A stretch of 64,000 bases of DNA. It comes from Candidatus Bathyarchaeota archaeon (lineage in GTDB: Archaea; Thermoproteota; Bathyarchaeia; Bathyarchaeales; Bathycorpusculaceae). Each line of letters starts with the position of its first letter. Within the stretch, counting starts at the first letter, position 1. The stretch lies in NCBI GenBank assembly GCA_963772455.1, contig CAVYXJ010000010.1:128001-192000 (forward strand), read 5' to 3'. The translations under genes were made by a program, and so were the position numbers. Positions 38,967 through 47,886 of the stretch are shown in pieces. Under the pieces are notes generated by a model. It worked only from the letters and a program-made list of their open reading frames with translations. It made no database searches and was not told the DNA's origin.

Positions 38967-39143
38967 TAAGCAATGGTCATTATCGCAATTGCAATGTGAC
39001 CTGCCGAGTTGCCACCAATATATTTTTGGGGTTTGCTTCAAAGGATTTTTTTGCATCCTGGAGCATAAAAATAATAGTATTTGCCTTGGTAGATTTTTTG
39101 TACTTTACAGTTTTCTCGTTTACCACTCCATTTTCGGTCTTCA
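38967..39143 (-). pseudogene. Decayed YHS-domain (TRASH-like) small metal-binding protein
   Basis: Stitching three frames gives (ED..)GVVNEKTVKYK/IYQGKYYYFYAPGCKK/SFEANP/KYIGGNSAGH, matching the YHS pattern DPVCGM.V....A......G..YYFC..GC...F...P.KY. Confidence 0.55.
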
Positions 39144-39324
39144 AAAATTAGAGTTCTTATTTTGCCAAAAGAATTTAATCATTTAAAACTTTTCCAGGAA
39201 CTTTAGGTCCAATTTGATAAGAGGCAAATAAGGTTGAAAACTCTCCATTTTAAAATAATAGTATTAAAGCTCTGGAACCATAGACAATATATTCGAGTTT
39301 TTGCTTAAGAAAACACCGTAAACT

Positions 39325-40104
39325 TTGAGGTTATTTTATATGAAAACTTTGGTTACAGTTGGTCGCGGTGGAACAGGAAAATCCAGCTTCACCGCTCTAA
39401 TGGCTAAAAACTTCATTGAGGCAGGACAGGCACCTTTACTTTTAGTTGATGCCGACCCAGATCAGAATCTGGGTGAAATGATTGGGGTAGACCTCAAAGA
39501 AGTGGGAAAATCAACAATAGCTGACCTTATCGTGAGCACATTTATTGAAAAAGGAGGCACCACAGTCGGTGTACCACCAAGGGAACGCATCGAAAGTCGT
39601 ATTTGGGAAAACGGCCTCTATGAAAGCAAAAGCTTCGATTTTCTTTCGGTTGGCACCAAATGGGTTGAAGGATGCTATTGCATGCCCAACTCCGCCCTTA
39701 AGGCTGCTTTGGAATCGTTGACTAAAACTTACAAGTACGTACTCGTTGATTCTCCTGCAGGCCTTGAAAATTTGAACAGACGAATAACCTCGGATGTTAA
39801 CGATATCTTTGATATTCTTGATCATTCAAAGAAATCACAAGATCATGTCAGAAGAGCAATCAAAATAGCTAAAGAAGTTGACATGAAATTTGAAAACTTT
39901 TACTTAGTTGGCGGTTACCGTTTTCCAGCTGAGCTAGGAAAGCAAGCGGAAGATGACTTGAAATACAAGTATTTGGGCAAAATCGAAGCGGATGATCAAC
40001 TTGATGAGTTTGTTTTAAATGGAAAATCGTTACTTGACTTGCCAAACAACAACAAAGCGTATCTTTCAGTGCAGAATATCCTTAAAACCCTGGGCTATAT
40101 GTAG
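39325..40104 (+). CDS. CooC/AcsF-type ACS maturation ATPase
   Basis: GRGGTGKS, DADPDQNL, EGCYC, DSPAGLE.L.RR; directly upstream of cdhA; likely start is the ATG at 39340. Confidence 0.88.
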   Translation: MRLFYMKTLVTVGRGGTGKSSFTALMAKNFIEAGQAPLLLVDADPDQNLGEMIGVDLKEVGKSTIADLIVSTFIEKGGTTVGVPPRERIESRIWENGLYESKSFDFLSVGTKWVEGCYCMPNSALKAALESLTKTYKYVLVDSPAGLENLNRRITSDVNDIFDILDHSKKSQDHVRRAIKIAKEVDMKFENFYLVGGYRFPAELGKQAEDDLKYKYLGKIEADDQLDEFVLNGKSLLDLPNNNKAYLSVQNILKTLGYM

Positions 40105-40180
40105 CTCAAAGGGTTTTACACAATTTCTTTAAACCCTTGCATTTCTATAACTACAACGTGACTTTTGCGTAAGAAATCTG

Positions 40181-40227
40181 GAAAGGTTTAAAAAGTATGT
40201 CATTAAGGGATGTTGTAAACCTTTACA
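40181..40227 (+). promoter_or_regulatory. Putative cdh operon promoter with overlapping palindrome
   Basis: GAAAGG-TTTAAAAA (BRE/TATA) followed by TGTAAA-CC-TTTACA at 40214-40227. Confidence 0.45.
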
Positions 40228-40239
40228 GAGGTTTCACAT

Positions 40240-42588
40240 TTGACAAGTAAAAACGTCCATGTAAAAATTGACGAAATGAAGACCAATAGCGGTCTCATTA
40301 AAAATTTTGAATTATCTATTGGCAAGGTTATGAATGACAACTATAACGAGCCAATGGGTCCAACCCCAATGCCCTCCATGACAACTCTCCGGGATTGGGA
40401 CATGAAACTTCTCACCAAGTACAAGCCCTTCTATATGCCCGATTGTGATCTTTGCTGCCTTTGCACTTTTGGCAAATGCGATTTGACAGCTGGAAAACGC
40501 GGCGCATGCGGCTTAGACATTGCAACCCAATCCTCCCGTATTGTGATGTTGGCTTGTGCAATTGGATCAGCATGTCACTCAGCTCACTCACGTCACCTTG
40601 TCCATCACTTAATTGAAAAATACGGTCGCAGATACCCCTTAGACATCGGCGGATTAAACATCAAAGTTGAAGCACCAATCACCCGTCTTGTCACCGGTAT
40701 AAAACCTGAAACACTAGGCGACCTTGAAGATGTTTTATCTTATGTTGAAGAACAAATTACTCAAGTTCTCGCAGTAGGCCACACTGGTCAAGAAGGCTGC
40801 AACTTAGACTTTGAATCCAAAGCAATGCACGTTGGTATGATTGACCACGTAGGAATGGAAGTCGGCGACATCGCACAGATTTCAACTTTAGGTTATCCAA
40901 AAGCAGATCCAGAAGCACCACTCGTAAAGCTCGGCATCGGAAGCGTCGACCGAACAAAACCAGTTATTATGGCAATTGGTCACAACGTCGTTCCATCAGT
41001 CGGAATAATCGATTACGCAAAAGACAACAAAGTTGACGACAAAATCGAAGTAGTCGGCTTATGCTGCACATCACACGACATGACAAGGTATTACAACCGC
41101 GCAAGAATTGTCGGTCCAATCAGCTGGGAACTTAGGTTCGTACGCGCAGGATTAGCAGACGTAGTTGTACTCGACGAACAATGCATCAGAACAGACATTT
41201 TCGACGAAGCCAGCAAAGTCAGCGCTCCAGTAATTGCAGCATCAGAAAAGAATTGCATGGGCTTCAAGAACCGCACAAACGATCCAGCAGACGAAATAGT
41301 CGCTGACCTCGTAAGCGGCAAAGTCAAAGGTGTCCTAATTCTCGACCCAGAAAAAGTCGGCGAAGTCGCAGTCCGCGTAGCACAACAAGTCGCTCCAGTC
41401 CGCAAGAGAAAGAACGTTCTTCCAAGCTTAGAGGAACTTACACAAATCGCAAAGAATTGCACACAATGCAGTAAGTGTCAACGTAACTGCCCACAAGACT
41501 ACGCCATTCCAGTAGCTATGAAAGCAGCAGGACAAGGAGACTTAACATTACTAACAGACCTCTATGAGACCTGTATCGGATGCGGAAGATGCGAAGAAGC
41601 ATGCCCACAAAAAATCATGATCCACAGTCTAATCATTAAAGCAGGCGAAAAAGCCATGCTTTGCGAAGACAACCTATGCCGCGTAGGAAGAGGCGCAGTC
41701 TCAGACGTCGAAATCCGCAACGTTGGTAGCCCAATCGTCCTCGGAGAAATCCCAGGTATCGTTGCAATCGTTGGCTGCAGCAACTATCCAAAAGGCGGCA
41801 AAGATGTCTATGACATAGCAAGAGAATTTGCAAGCAGACGATACATCGTCGTTGTGTCTGGATGCTCAGCTATGTCCGCAGGCAGCTACCGCAACAGCGA
41901 AGGCAAAACCCTCTACGAAGAATTCCCAGGCGGATTCGAAGCTGGAGGAGTTCTAAACGTCGGCTCATGCGTCGCAAACAGCCACATCGCCGGTGCAGCA
42001 ATCAAAGTAGCAAACATCTTCGCAAAACGCTCCCTAAGAGGTAATTATGAAGAAATCGCAGATTACATCCACAATCGCTTAGGTGCAGTTGGTTTAGCTT
42101 GGGGTGCATACTCACAGAAAGCCGCAGCAATCGGCGCAGGATTCTGGCGCTTAGGTGTACCAGTACTTGTCGGTCCACACGGGGTCAAATACAGACGTAT
42201 GCTTCTTGGCAGAAAAGAAGATCCAAAGAACTGGGAAGTCCTCGATGCACGCACAGGTAACACAGTTAACGTAGGACCAGCACCAGAACACCTCTTCAAC
42301 ATAGCTGAAACTAAGGAAGAGTGTATGGTTGCAATCGCAAAACTATGCATCAGACCAAACGATACATGGAAAGGACGCAGCATAAAACTAAGCCACTATG
42401 TTGACTTAAGCAAACGCTACCTTGGAGTAATGCCCAATGACCTACACCTGTTCGTGAGAACAATGGCTGATGTCCCGTCAACAATGAAGGACGAGTTTGT
42501 CAAGATACTTGAAGAAAACAACTGGCAAGAAACAGTAATTCCGGATCCAACCTTGCTTCCAAGAATGGTCCGTAAAATGAAGGAGTAA
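40240..42588 (+). CDS. cdhA: CODH/ACS complex alpha subunit
   Basis: CDLCCLCTFGKC, GACG, CH..H..H, IGHN, GLCCT, two 4Fe-4S ferredoxin motifs, GCSN, GSCV, SQKA. Confidence 0.97.
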   Translation: MTSKNVHVKIDEMKTNSGLIKNFELSIGKVMNDNYNEPMGPTPMPSMTTLRDWDMKLLTKYKPFYMPDCDLCCLCTFGKCDLTAGKRGACGLDIATQSSRIVMLACAIGSACHSAHSRHLVHHLIEKYGRRYPLDIGGLNIKVEAPITRLVTGIKPETLGDLEDVLSYVEEQITQVLAVGHTGQEGCNLDFESKAMHVGMIDHVGMEVGDIAQISTLGYPKADPEAPLVKLGIGSVDRTKPVIMAIGHNVVPSVGIIDYAKDNKVDDKIEVVGLCCTSHDMTRYYNRARIVGPISWELRFVRAGLADVVVLDEQCIRTDIFDEASKVSAPVIAASEKNCMGFKNRTNDPADEIVADLVSGKVKGVLILDPEKVGEVAVRVAQQVAPVRKRKNVLPSLEELTQIAKNCTQCSKCQRNCPQDYAIPVAMKAAGQGDLTLLTDLYETCIGCGRCEEACPQKIMIHSLIIKAGEKAMLCEDNLCRVGRGAVSDVEIRNVGSPIVLGEIPGIVAIVGCSNYPKGGKDVYDIAREFASRRYIVVVSGCSAMSAGSYRNSEGKTLYEEFPGGFEAGGVLNVGSCVANSHIAGAAIKVANIFAKRSLRGNYEEIADYIHNRLGAVGLAWGAYSQKAAAIGAGFWRLGVPVLVGPHGVKYRRMLLGRKEDPKNWEVLDARTGNTVNVGPAPEHLFNIAETKEECMVAIAKLCIRPNDTWKGRSIKLSHYVDLSKRYLGVMPNDLHLFVRTMADVPSTMKDEFVKILEENNWQETVIPDPTLLPRMVRKMKE

Positions 42589-42603
42589 ACGGAGGAAAAA
42601 ACT

Positions 42604-43146
42604 ATGTCCTGTGAACCATGGCAATGTGCAGAAATAGCAGCAACTAAAAAAGCAAACCCCATAACTAAACCCGAGATAGCAGTAGCGATGATCAAAAAAG
42701 CTCAACGCCCACTTCTTATTGTGGGAAGCAATGCTACTGAAAGATACATGGAAGGCAAACAATTGATCGAATACTTAATCGAGTTCGCTAATGCCTCCAA
42801 AGTGCCAGTTGTCGCAACCGCCCACATGGTTGGTGAATTTATAAAACGCGGATACCAACCTGCGGCATTTATGAATGCAATGGAAATTGGCCAAAGAGTG
42901 GTAGACCCAGAATGGATGGGAATCGACGGCAAAGGACACCCAGACCTAGTTTTGTTAGTCGGGTTACCTTATTACGTTGAATCATTGATGCTCTCCGGAA
43001 TGAAACATTTTGCACCAGATCTAAAAACCATGACCCTCGACAACCTATTCCATGTACACGCAAGCTGGTCTTTCCCAAACACAACCCTCGAAGAGTGGGC
43101 TGCAAACCTCAAAGTAATGACATCAAAATTTAATGGAGGAAATTAA
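42604..43146 (+). CDS. cdhB: CODH/ACS complex epsilon subunit
   Basis: MIKKAQRPLLIVG, W.G.DGKG..DLV...G..YY, LKHFAP-like motif, A.WSFPN. Confidence 0.94.
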   Translation: MSCEPWQCAEIAATKKANPITKPEIAVAMIKKAQRPLLIVGSNATERYMEGKQLIEYLIEFANASKVPVVATAHMVGEFIKRGYQPAAFMNAMEIGQRVVDPEWMGIDGKGHPDLVLLVGLPYYVESLMLSGMKHFAPDLKTMTLDNLFHVHASWSFPNTTLEEWAANLKVMTSKFNGGN

Positions 43147-43149
43147 AAA

Positions 43150-44571
43150 ATGTCTATGTTTAAAGATATACCCGTTGAAGTTGGCGTAATATTCGAAGGA
43201 GAACGTATTCGAAGAAATGATATGCAAGTAGAACTTGGCGGTCCAACCGTTAAGCAAAAGTTTGAACTTGCAAAAGTAAAACCCCTTGACCAGATCGAAG
43301 ATGGAAAAATAACCATTATCGGTCCAGACCTAAAAGACTTGAAAGCAGGCGGCGCATACCCATTCGGAATTCTTGTTGAAGCTGCAGGCGCAAAACTCGA
43401 CGCAGGTCTTGAAGGTGTTATTGAAAGACGCATTCATGGATACCTAAACTATATTGAAGGCTTCATGCACCTAAACCAGCGCTACGACATCTGGATTCGC
43501 ATAGGCAAGAAATCCTTCCAAAAAGGCTTGACCAGCTTTGATGCAATCGGCAAAGTCCTCTATCGCTTATTCAAGAGTGAACTGCCAATTATTGAGAAAG
43601 TTCAAATTACTTTCATAACAGACACAGCAAAACTAGATGAAATGACTCCTGAAGCCATTCAAGCATACGAATCACGCGACGCAAAAGCCAGAGGTCTAAA
43701 AGACTCAGAAGTAGACACATTCTACGGTTGTGCACTCTGTCAGTCATTCGCACCAAGCCACGTTTGTATTATCACACCTCAAAGATACAGCAACTGTGGT
43801 GCAATCAGCTGGTTTGATGGCAAAGCTTCAGCAAGCATCGATCCTAAAGGACCAGTCTTCGCAATCCCAAGAGGCGAAATGATCAACGAAGAAAAAGGCG
43901 AATTCTCAGGCGTCAACGAAGCTGCCAAGAAACGCACCATGGGCGAAGTTAACCAAGTTTGGCTATACACTGCGTTCGATCACCCACACACATCATGTGG
44001 ATGCTTCGAAGCTGTAACCTTCTACATTCCAGAAGTCGACGGATTCGGCGTCGTCAACCGCGCTTTCAAAGGAGCAGCCGTAAACGGCTTACCCTTCAGC
44101 ACAATAGCTGACTCAGCTGCAGGCGGAAGACAAATCGACGGATTCCACGGAATGTCCATCGAATACATGCGAAGCAAAAAATTCTTTGCAGCAGACGGTG
44201 GATGGAACCGAGTTGTCTGGGTACCAAAAGAAGTCAAAGAAAAAATTAAAGAATTCATCCCAGCAGACATCGTTGACAAAGTCGCAACAGAAGAAGATGC
44301 AAAGAACATTGACGAACTCAAAGCTTTCCTAAAGGCAAAGAACCACCCAGTCGTTGCAAAATGGGAATCAGAAGCAGCACCAGCAACAGAAACAACAGCT
44401 ATCCAAGTTAACGAAGAAGCAGCAGGCACAATGATGCCAGTTGCAACTATGAGCTCAATGCCAATCATGGCCGGCGGATTCAAAATCATACTCAAAGACG
44501 CAAAAATCTACGCTAACAAAGTCATCATAACAACAGTCAAAGACAGCAAAGACAACAAAGACAAACGGTGA
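43150..44571 (+). CDS. cdhC: CODH/ACS complex beta subunit (acetyl-CoA synthase)
   Basis: EGERIR, ERRIH, FYGCALCQSFAP.HVC, CGAI, PHTSCGCFE A-cluster motif. Confidence 0.97.
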   Translation: MSMFKDIPVEVGVIFEGERIRRNDMQVELGGPTVKQKFELAKVKPLDQIEDGKITIIGPDLKDLKAGGAYPFGILVEAAGAKLDAGLEGVIERRIHGYLNYIEGFMHLNQRYDIWIRIGKKSFQKGLTSFDAIGKVLYRLFKSELPIIEKVQITFITDTAKLDEMTPEAIQAYESRDAKARGLKDSEVDTFYGCALCQSFAPSHVCIITPQRYSNCGAISWFDGKASASIDPKGPVFAIPRGEMINEEKGEFSGVNEAAKKRTMGEVNQVWLYTAFDHPHTSCGCFEAVTFYIPEVDGFGVVNRAFKGAAVNGLPFSTIADSAAGGRQIDGFHGMSIEYMRSKKFFAADGGWNRVVWVPKEVKEKIKEFIPADIVDKVATEEDAKNIDELKAFLKAKNHPVVAKWESEAAPATETTAIQVNEEAAGTMMPVATMSSMPIMAGGFKIILKDAKIYANKVIITTVKDSKDNKDKR

Positions 44572-45800
44572 TTCAAACGCCCCAAAACGACAACGACAAA
44601 AAGAAAGACGCTGAAGGACTACAGCTAAGCGACGACCTATTGGAAGCACTTGCAAAATTCCAGACAATCGAGCTGGAAGACTTCCAAATGGACGTCAAAG
44701 ACCTAGAAATCATCTTCGAAGCAGGCGCAGCAGGACAAATAATGCCCAAACTAAAACTTCCAAGCATCGCAGGCGGAAAACCAACCAGCATGCTACAAAT
44801 TCCCTTCTTACCACCAATTGAAACATACCCAAACAAAATCTCTGAAGTAAAACTTGGGGCAACAAGAAGCGAAGGCGGCACCCGCGGACGATCACTAACA
44901 ATCGGCGGAGAAGTATCTCCCGCTTTTTACACTTTTGAGCGACCTATGCCACACAAACCAGTCATCACCTTAGACGTTTTCGACATGGAAGTTCCTCTGA
45001 GCAAAGCAGTCAAGATGCACGTTAAAGACGTGGTCGGTGACCCAGCAGCTTGGGCAAAACTTGCAGTCGAAAAATTCGGTGCAGACATGGTTACAATGCA
45101 CTTAATCAGTGTTGACCCACTACTCAAAGACGCATCCCCCAAAGACGCATGCAGAACCATCGAGAAAGTCCTGCAAGCTGTAGATGTACCACTAGTCATC
45201 GGCGGATGTGGAGACCCAGTTAAAGATACAGCTGTCTTTGAGGAAGTATGTGCACAATTTCCAGGCGAACGCTTCTTAATCAGCTCAGTCACACGCGACA
45301 TGGACGTAGAGAAATGTGCCAAATTCATCAAGAAAGCAGGCCACGCAATCCTCTCATTCACACCCATGGACCTTAACTTGGCACGTGAACTCAACAGACG
45401 CCTCTACGACTATGTTGGCAGAGAAGACATCATTATGGACTTAACAACTGCAGCTCTCGGCTACGGCTTAGACTATGCATTCACAAACATGGAACGCGCA
45501 CGCATGGGCGGTTTAATGGGCGACGCTGAATTGGCACACCCAATGTCCTCAGGTACAACTAACGCTTGGGCAGCAAGAGAAGCATGGCTAAAAATGTCAG
45601 CTGAATGGGAACCACGCGAACTCAGAGGTCCACTTTGGGAAGTAACAACTGCAATAACCCTGTTGCTTGCAGGCGTAGACTTATTCATGATGATGCATCC
45701 AGCAGCCGTAAAAACACTAAAAGACGTAACCAACTACTTAACAAGCGCTAAAAAAGCAGACCCATCAAAATATGCAAATTGGGTCACGGTAAAAGCTTAA
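44568..45800 (+). CDS. cdhD: CODH/ACS delta subunit (corrinoid Fe-S protein small subunit)
   Basis: EVKLGAT...GG.R, VFD, DP..WAK, IGGCG.P.KD, TTAALGYGLDY, NAWAAREAW, GPLWE, MMHP. Confidence 0.96.
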   Translation: MIQTPQNDNDKKKDAEGLQLSDDLLEALAKFQTIELEDFQMDVKDLEIIFEAGAAGQIMPKLKLPSIAGGKPTSMLQIPFLPPIETYPNKISEVKLGATRSEGGTRGRSLTIGGEVSPAFYTFERPMPHKPVITLDVFDMEVPLSKAVKMHVKDVVGDPAAWAKLAVEKFGADMVTMHLISVDPLLKDASPKDACRTIEKVLQAVDVPLVIGGCGDPVKDTAVFEEVCAQFPGERFLISSVTRDMDVEKCAKFIKKAGHAILSFTPMDLNLARELNRRLYDYVGREDIIMDLTTAALGYGLDYAFTNMERARMGGLMGDAELAHPMSSGTTNAWAAREAWLKMSAEWEPRELRGPLWEVTTAITLLLAGVDLFMMMHPAAVKTLKDVTNYLTSAKKADPSKYANWVTVKA

Positions 45801-45806
45801 GGAGAC

Positions 45807-47240
45807 ATGAATGATATGGCAGAGAAGAAAAAAGGCGGATTAAAAGAACTTAGCCCCATAACGATTTACAAAAGCTTGCCAAAAATTAACTGCAAAGAAT
45901 GCGGCGTCGACAATTGCATGGCATTCGCAACAAAAATTGTCAACCGCGAAATTGAACTCGATAGCTGCAAACCACTACTAAAACCAGAAAACGCCAAATC
46001 TTACGCTATTCTCAAAGAGCTTCTAAAACCAGCAGTCAAAGAAGTCATAATCGGCGTTGGCGACAAAGCCAAGAAAATCGGCGGCAAACTAGTCATGTAC
46101 CGTCATGAATTCACATACAAAAATCCCACAGCCATAGCAATCGATGTAACAGACGAAATGTCTGATGCCGAAATTGTTTCACGCGTTCAGAAAACAGATA
46201 ACTTTACTTTCGAATATATCGGCAACACCCTAAAACTTGACATGATAGCAGTCAGATGCACTTCTGGAGATGCAGACAAATTCAAAGCAACAGTCAAAAA
46301 AGTCTCCGAAACCACAAAACTACCAATGATCTTGTGCACCTTGAGCCCATCAATAGCTGAAGCAGGCTTAATGGCAGCGCCAAAAGCAAGACCCCTCCTA
46401 TACGCGGCAAACTCAACCAACTGGAAAGACATGGCTGAATTAGCCTTAATGTACAGCTGTCCCATAGTTGCATCTGCTCCAAATGACCTAAACACACTCG
46501 TCTCACTCGCAAAGACCCTGATGGCTTACGGCGTAACCGACATAGTTCTTGACCCAGGCACCTTCATAAATGAAGGCTTACCAGACACAATCAACAACTT
46601 TACAATGCTCAGAAGAGCAGCAACTAAAGGCGGCGAAGAACTTGCAGGCTTACCTCTACTCGGCGTACCAATGGTCGCTTGGGTAGACAAAGGCGAAATG
46701 GCAGACGACCTAGTCAAATGGCGAGAAGCATACGTTGCATCAATGCTCATAGTTCGATATGCAGATGTATTAATTATGCACGAAAACGACGGATGGGCTC
46801 TACTACCAATGACAGTACTACGCCAGAACATTTACACTGACCCACGTAAACCCGTAGCAGTTGCACCAGGACTCAAAGTTTACGGCACACCAGACGAGAA
46901 CTCACCAGTGCTCTTCACATCAAACTTCGCATTAACATACTACACCGTAGCATCAGACATCGAAAGCAATAAACTCAATGCCTACCTCATCGTCGTCGAA
47001 ACAGAAGGCTCAGCAATCGACAGTGGAGTTGCGGGGCGCAAACTAACAGCCGAACGAGTTGCAGACGCAATCAAAGCAAGCGGTATCGAACAAAAAGTCA
47101 AACACCGCAAAATAATCATTCCAGGCAAAGCATCACGCATTAGCGGCGAAATCGAAGAACTCAGCGGCTGGAAAGTCCAAGTTGGACCACGCGACAGCAG
47201 TGAGATACCCAAGTATCTCATAGAGAAATGGCAACCATAA
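45807..47240 (+). CDS. cdhE: CODH/ACS gamma subunit (corrinoid Fe-S protein large subunit)
   Basis: LPKINCKECG..NCMAFA, YRHE, LRQNIYTDPRKP, NFALTY, VGPRDS. Confidence 0.97.
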   Translation: MNDMAEKKKGGLKELSPITIYKSLPKINCKECGVDNCMAFATKIVNREIELDSCKPLLKPENAKSYAILKELLKPAVKEVIIGVGDKAKKIGGKLVMYRHEFTYKNPTAIAIDVTDEMSDAEIVSRVQKTDNFTFEYIGNTLKLDMIAVRCTSGDADKFKATVKKVSETTKLPMILCTLSPSIAEAGLMAAPKARPLLYAANSTNWKDMAELALMYSCPIVASAPNDLNTLVSLAKTLMAYGVTDIVLDPGTFINEGLPDTINNFTMLRRAATKGGEELAGLPLLGVPMVAWVDKGEMADDLVKWREAYVASMLIVRYADVLIMHENDGWALLPMTVLRQNIYTDPRKPVAVAPGLKVYGTPDENSPVLFTSNFALTYYTVASDIESNKLNAYLIVVETEGSAIDSGVAGRKLTAERVADAIKASGIEQKVKHRKIIIPGKASRISGEIEELSGWKVQVGPRDSSEIPKYLIEKWQP

Positions 47241-47245
47241 GCCAT

Positions 47246-47283
47246 CCCTTTCTTATTTTATTTTTATTTTTTTGTTCATTTTG
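47246..47283 (+). terminator. Oligo-T terminator of the cdh operon
   Basis: CCCTTTCTTATTTTATTTTTATTTTTTTG directly after the cdhE stop. Confidence 0.55.
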
Positions 47284-47337
47284 GCTTTAAGTAATTCTTT
47301 TATAATTCTATGGATTTCTAGAAATTGGTGATTTTTA

Positions 47338-47739
47338 GTGGATCATACAATTGTACATTTTGAAATTCCAGCCAACGACATTGAAAAAATCAAGAAATTT
47401 TATATGGATTTGTTTGGTTGGACGATGAATAAGTATCCTGGATCAACCGTCTACTATCTTGTGGGCACTGTTCCTGTGGATGAAAAAACGATGATGCCTA
47501 TTCGACCAGGCGTCAACGGTGGACTCTATGATAGGAAAGATTCCACGATGCCTGAGATGGCTAAGCCTACAAACTACATCTCGGTGGAGTCGGTGGAGGA
47601 GTACAGCAAGAAGGTTATGGATTTGGGCGGCAAGGTTGTGGTGCCAAAGATGGAGATTCCTGGTTTGGGCTGGTGGGCTCTTGCGCTTGACCCTGAGGGC
47701 AATCATTTTGGTATGTTGGAATATATGCAAAAACCCTAA
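47338..47739 (+). CDS. VOC / glyoxalase-family protein
   Basis: IVHFEIPA, FY..LFGW, NGG, YI.V.S, GG.VV.PK.EIPG.GW.A...DPEGN. Confidence 0.9.
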   Translation: MDHTIVHFEIPANDIEKIKKFYMDLFGWTMNKYPGSTVYYLVGTVPVDEKTMMPIRPGVNGGLYDRKDSTMPEMAKPTNYISVESVEEYSKKVMDLGGKVVVPKMEIPGLGWWALALDPEGNHFGMLEYMQKP

Positions 47740-47886
47740 TCTTTTCTTTTTTGTTCATTTCTGTTTCTTGTTGATATCAATCTGTAATATGTTAAAAATC
47801 CCATGCTTTTTACTTAAATTTGTACTAAAAGCGTATAAACCCCTTCATAACATCTATGAGCATTTACTGCTAGAAGGGACTGAAAA

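Noticed and set aside
38911-39186. 91-aa plus-strand ORF in the track
   Set aside because: No recognisable features; it is the antisense shadow of the YHS relic
40757-47245. Many 60-157 aa antisense ORFs over the cdh operon and other genes
   Set aside because: Shadow ORFs arising from biased codon usage on the sense strand; no motifs or start signals
47857-47883. Selenocysteine or stop readthrough at the TGA upstream of purF
   Set aside because: The frame above contains another TGA at 47857 and no start codon, so readthrough does not supply an initiator
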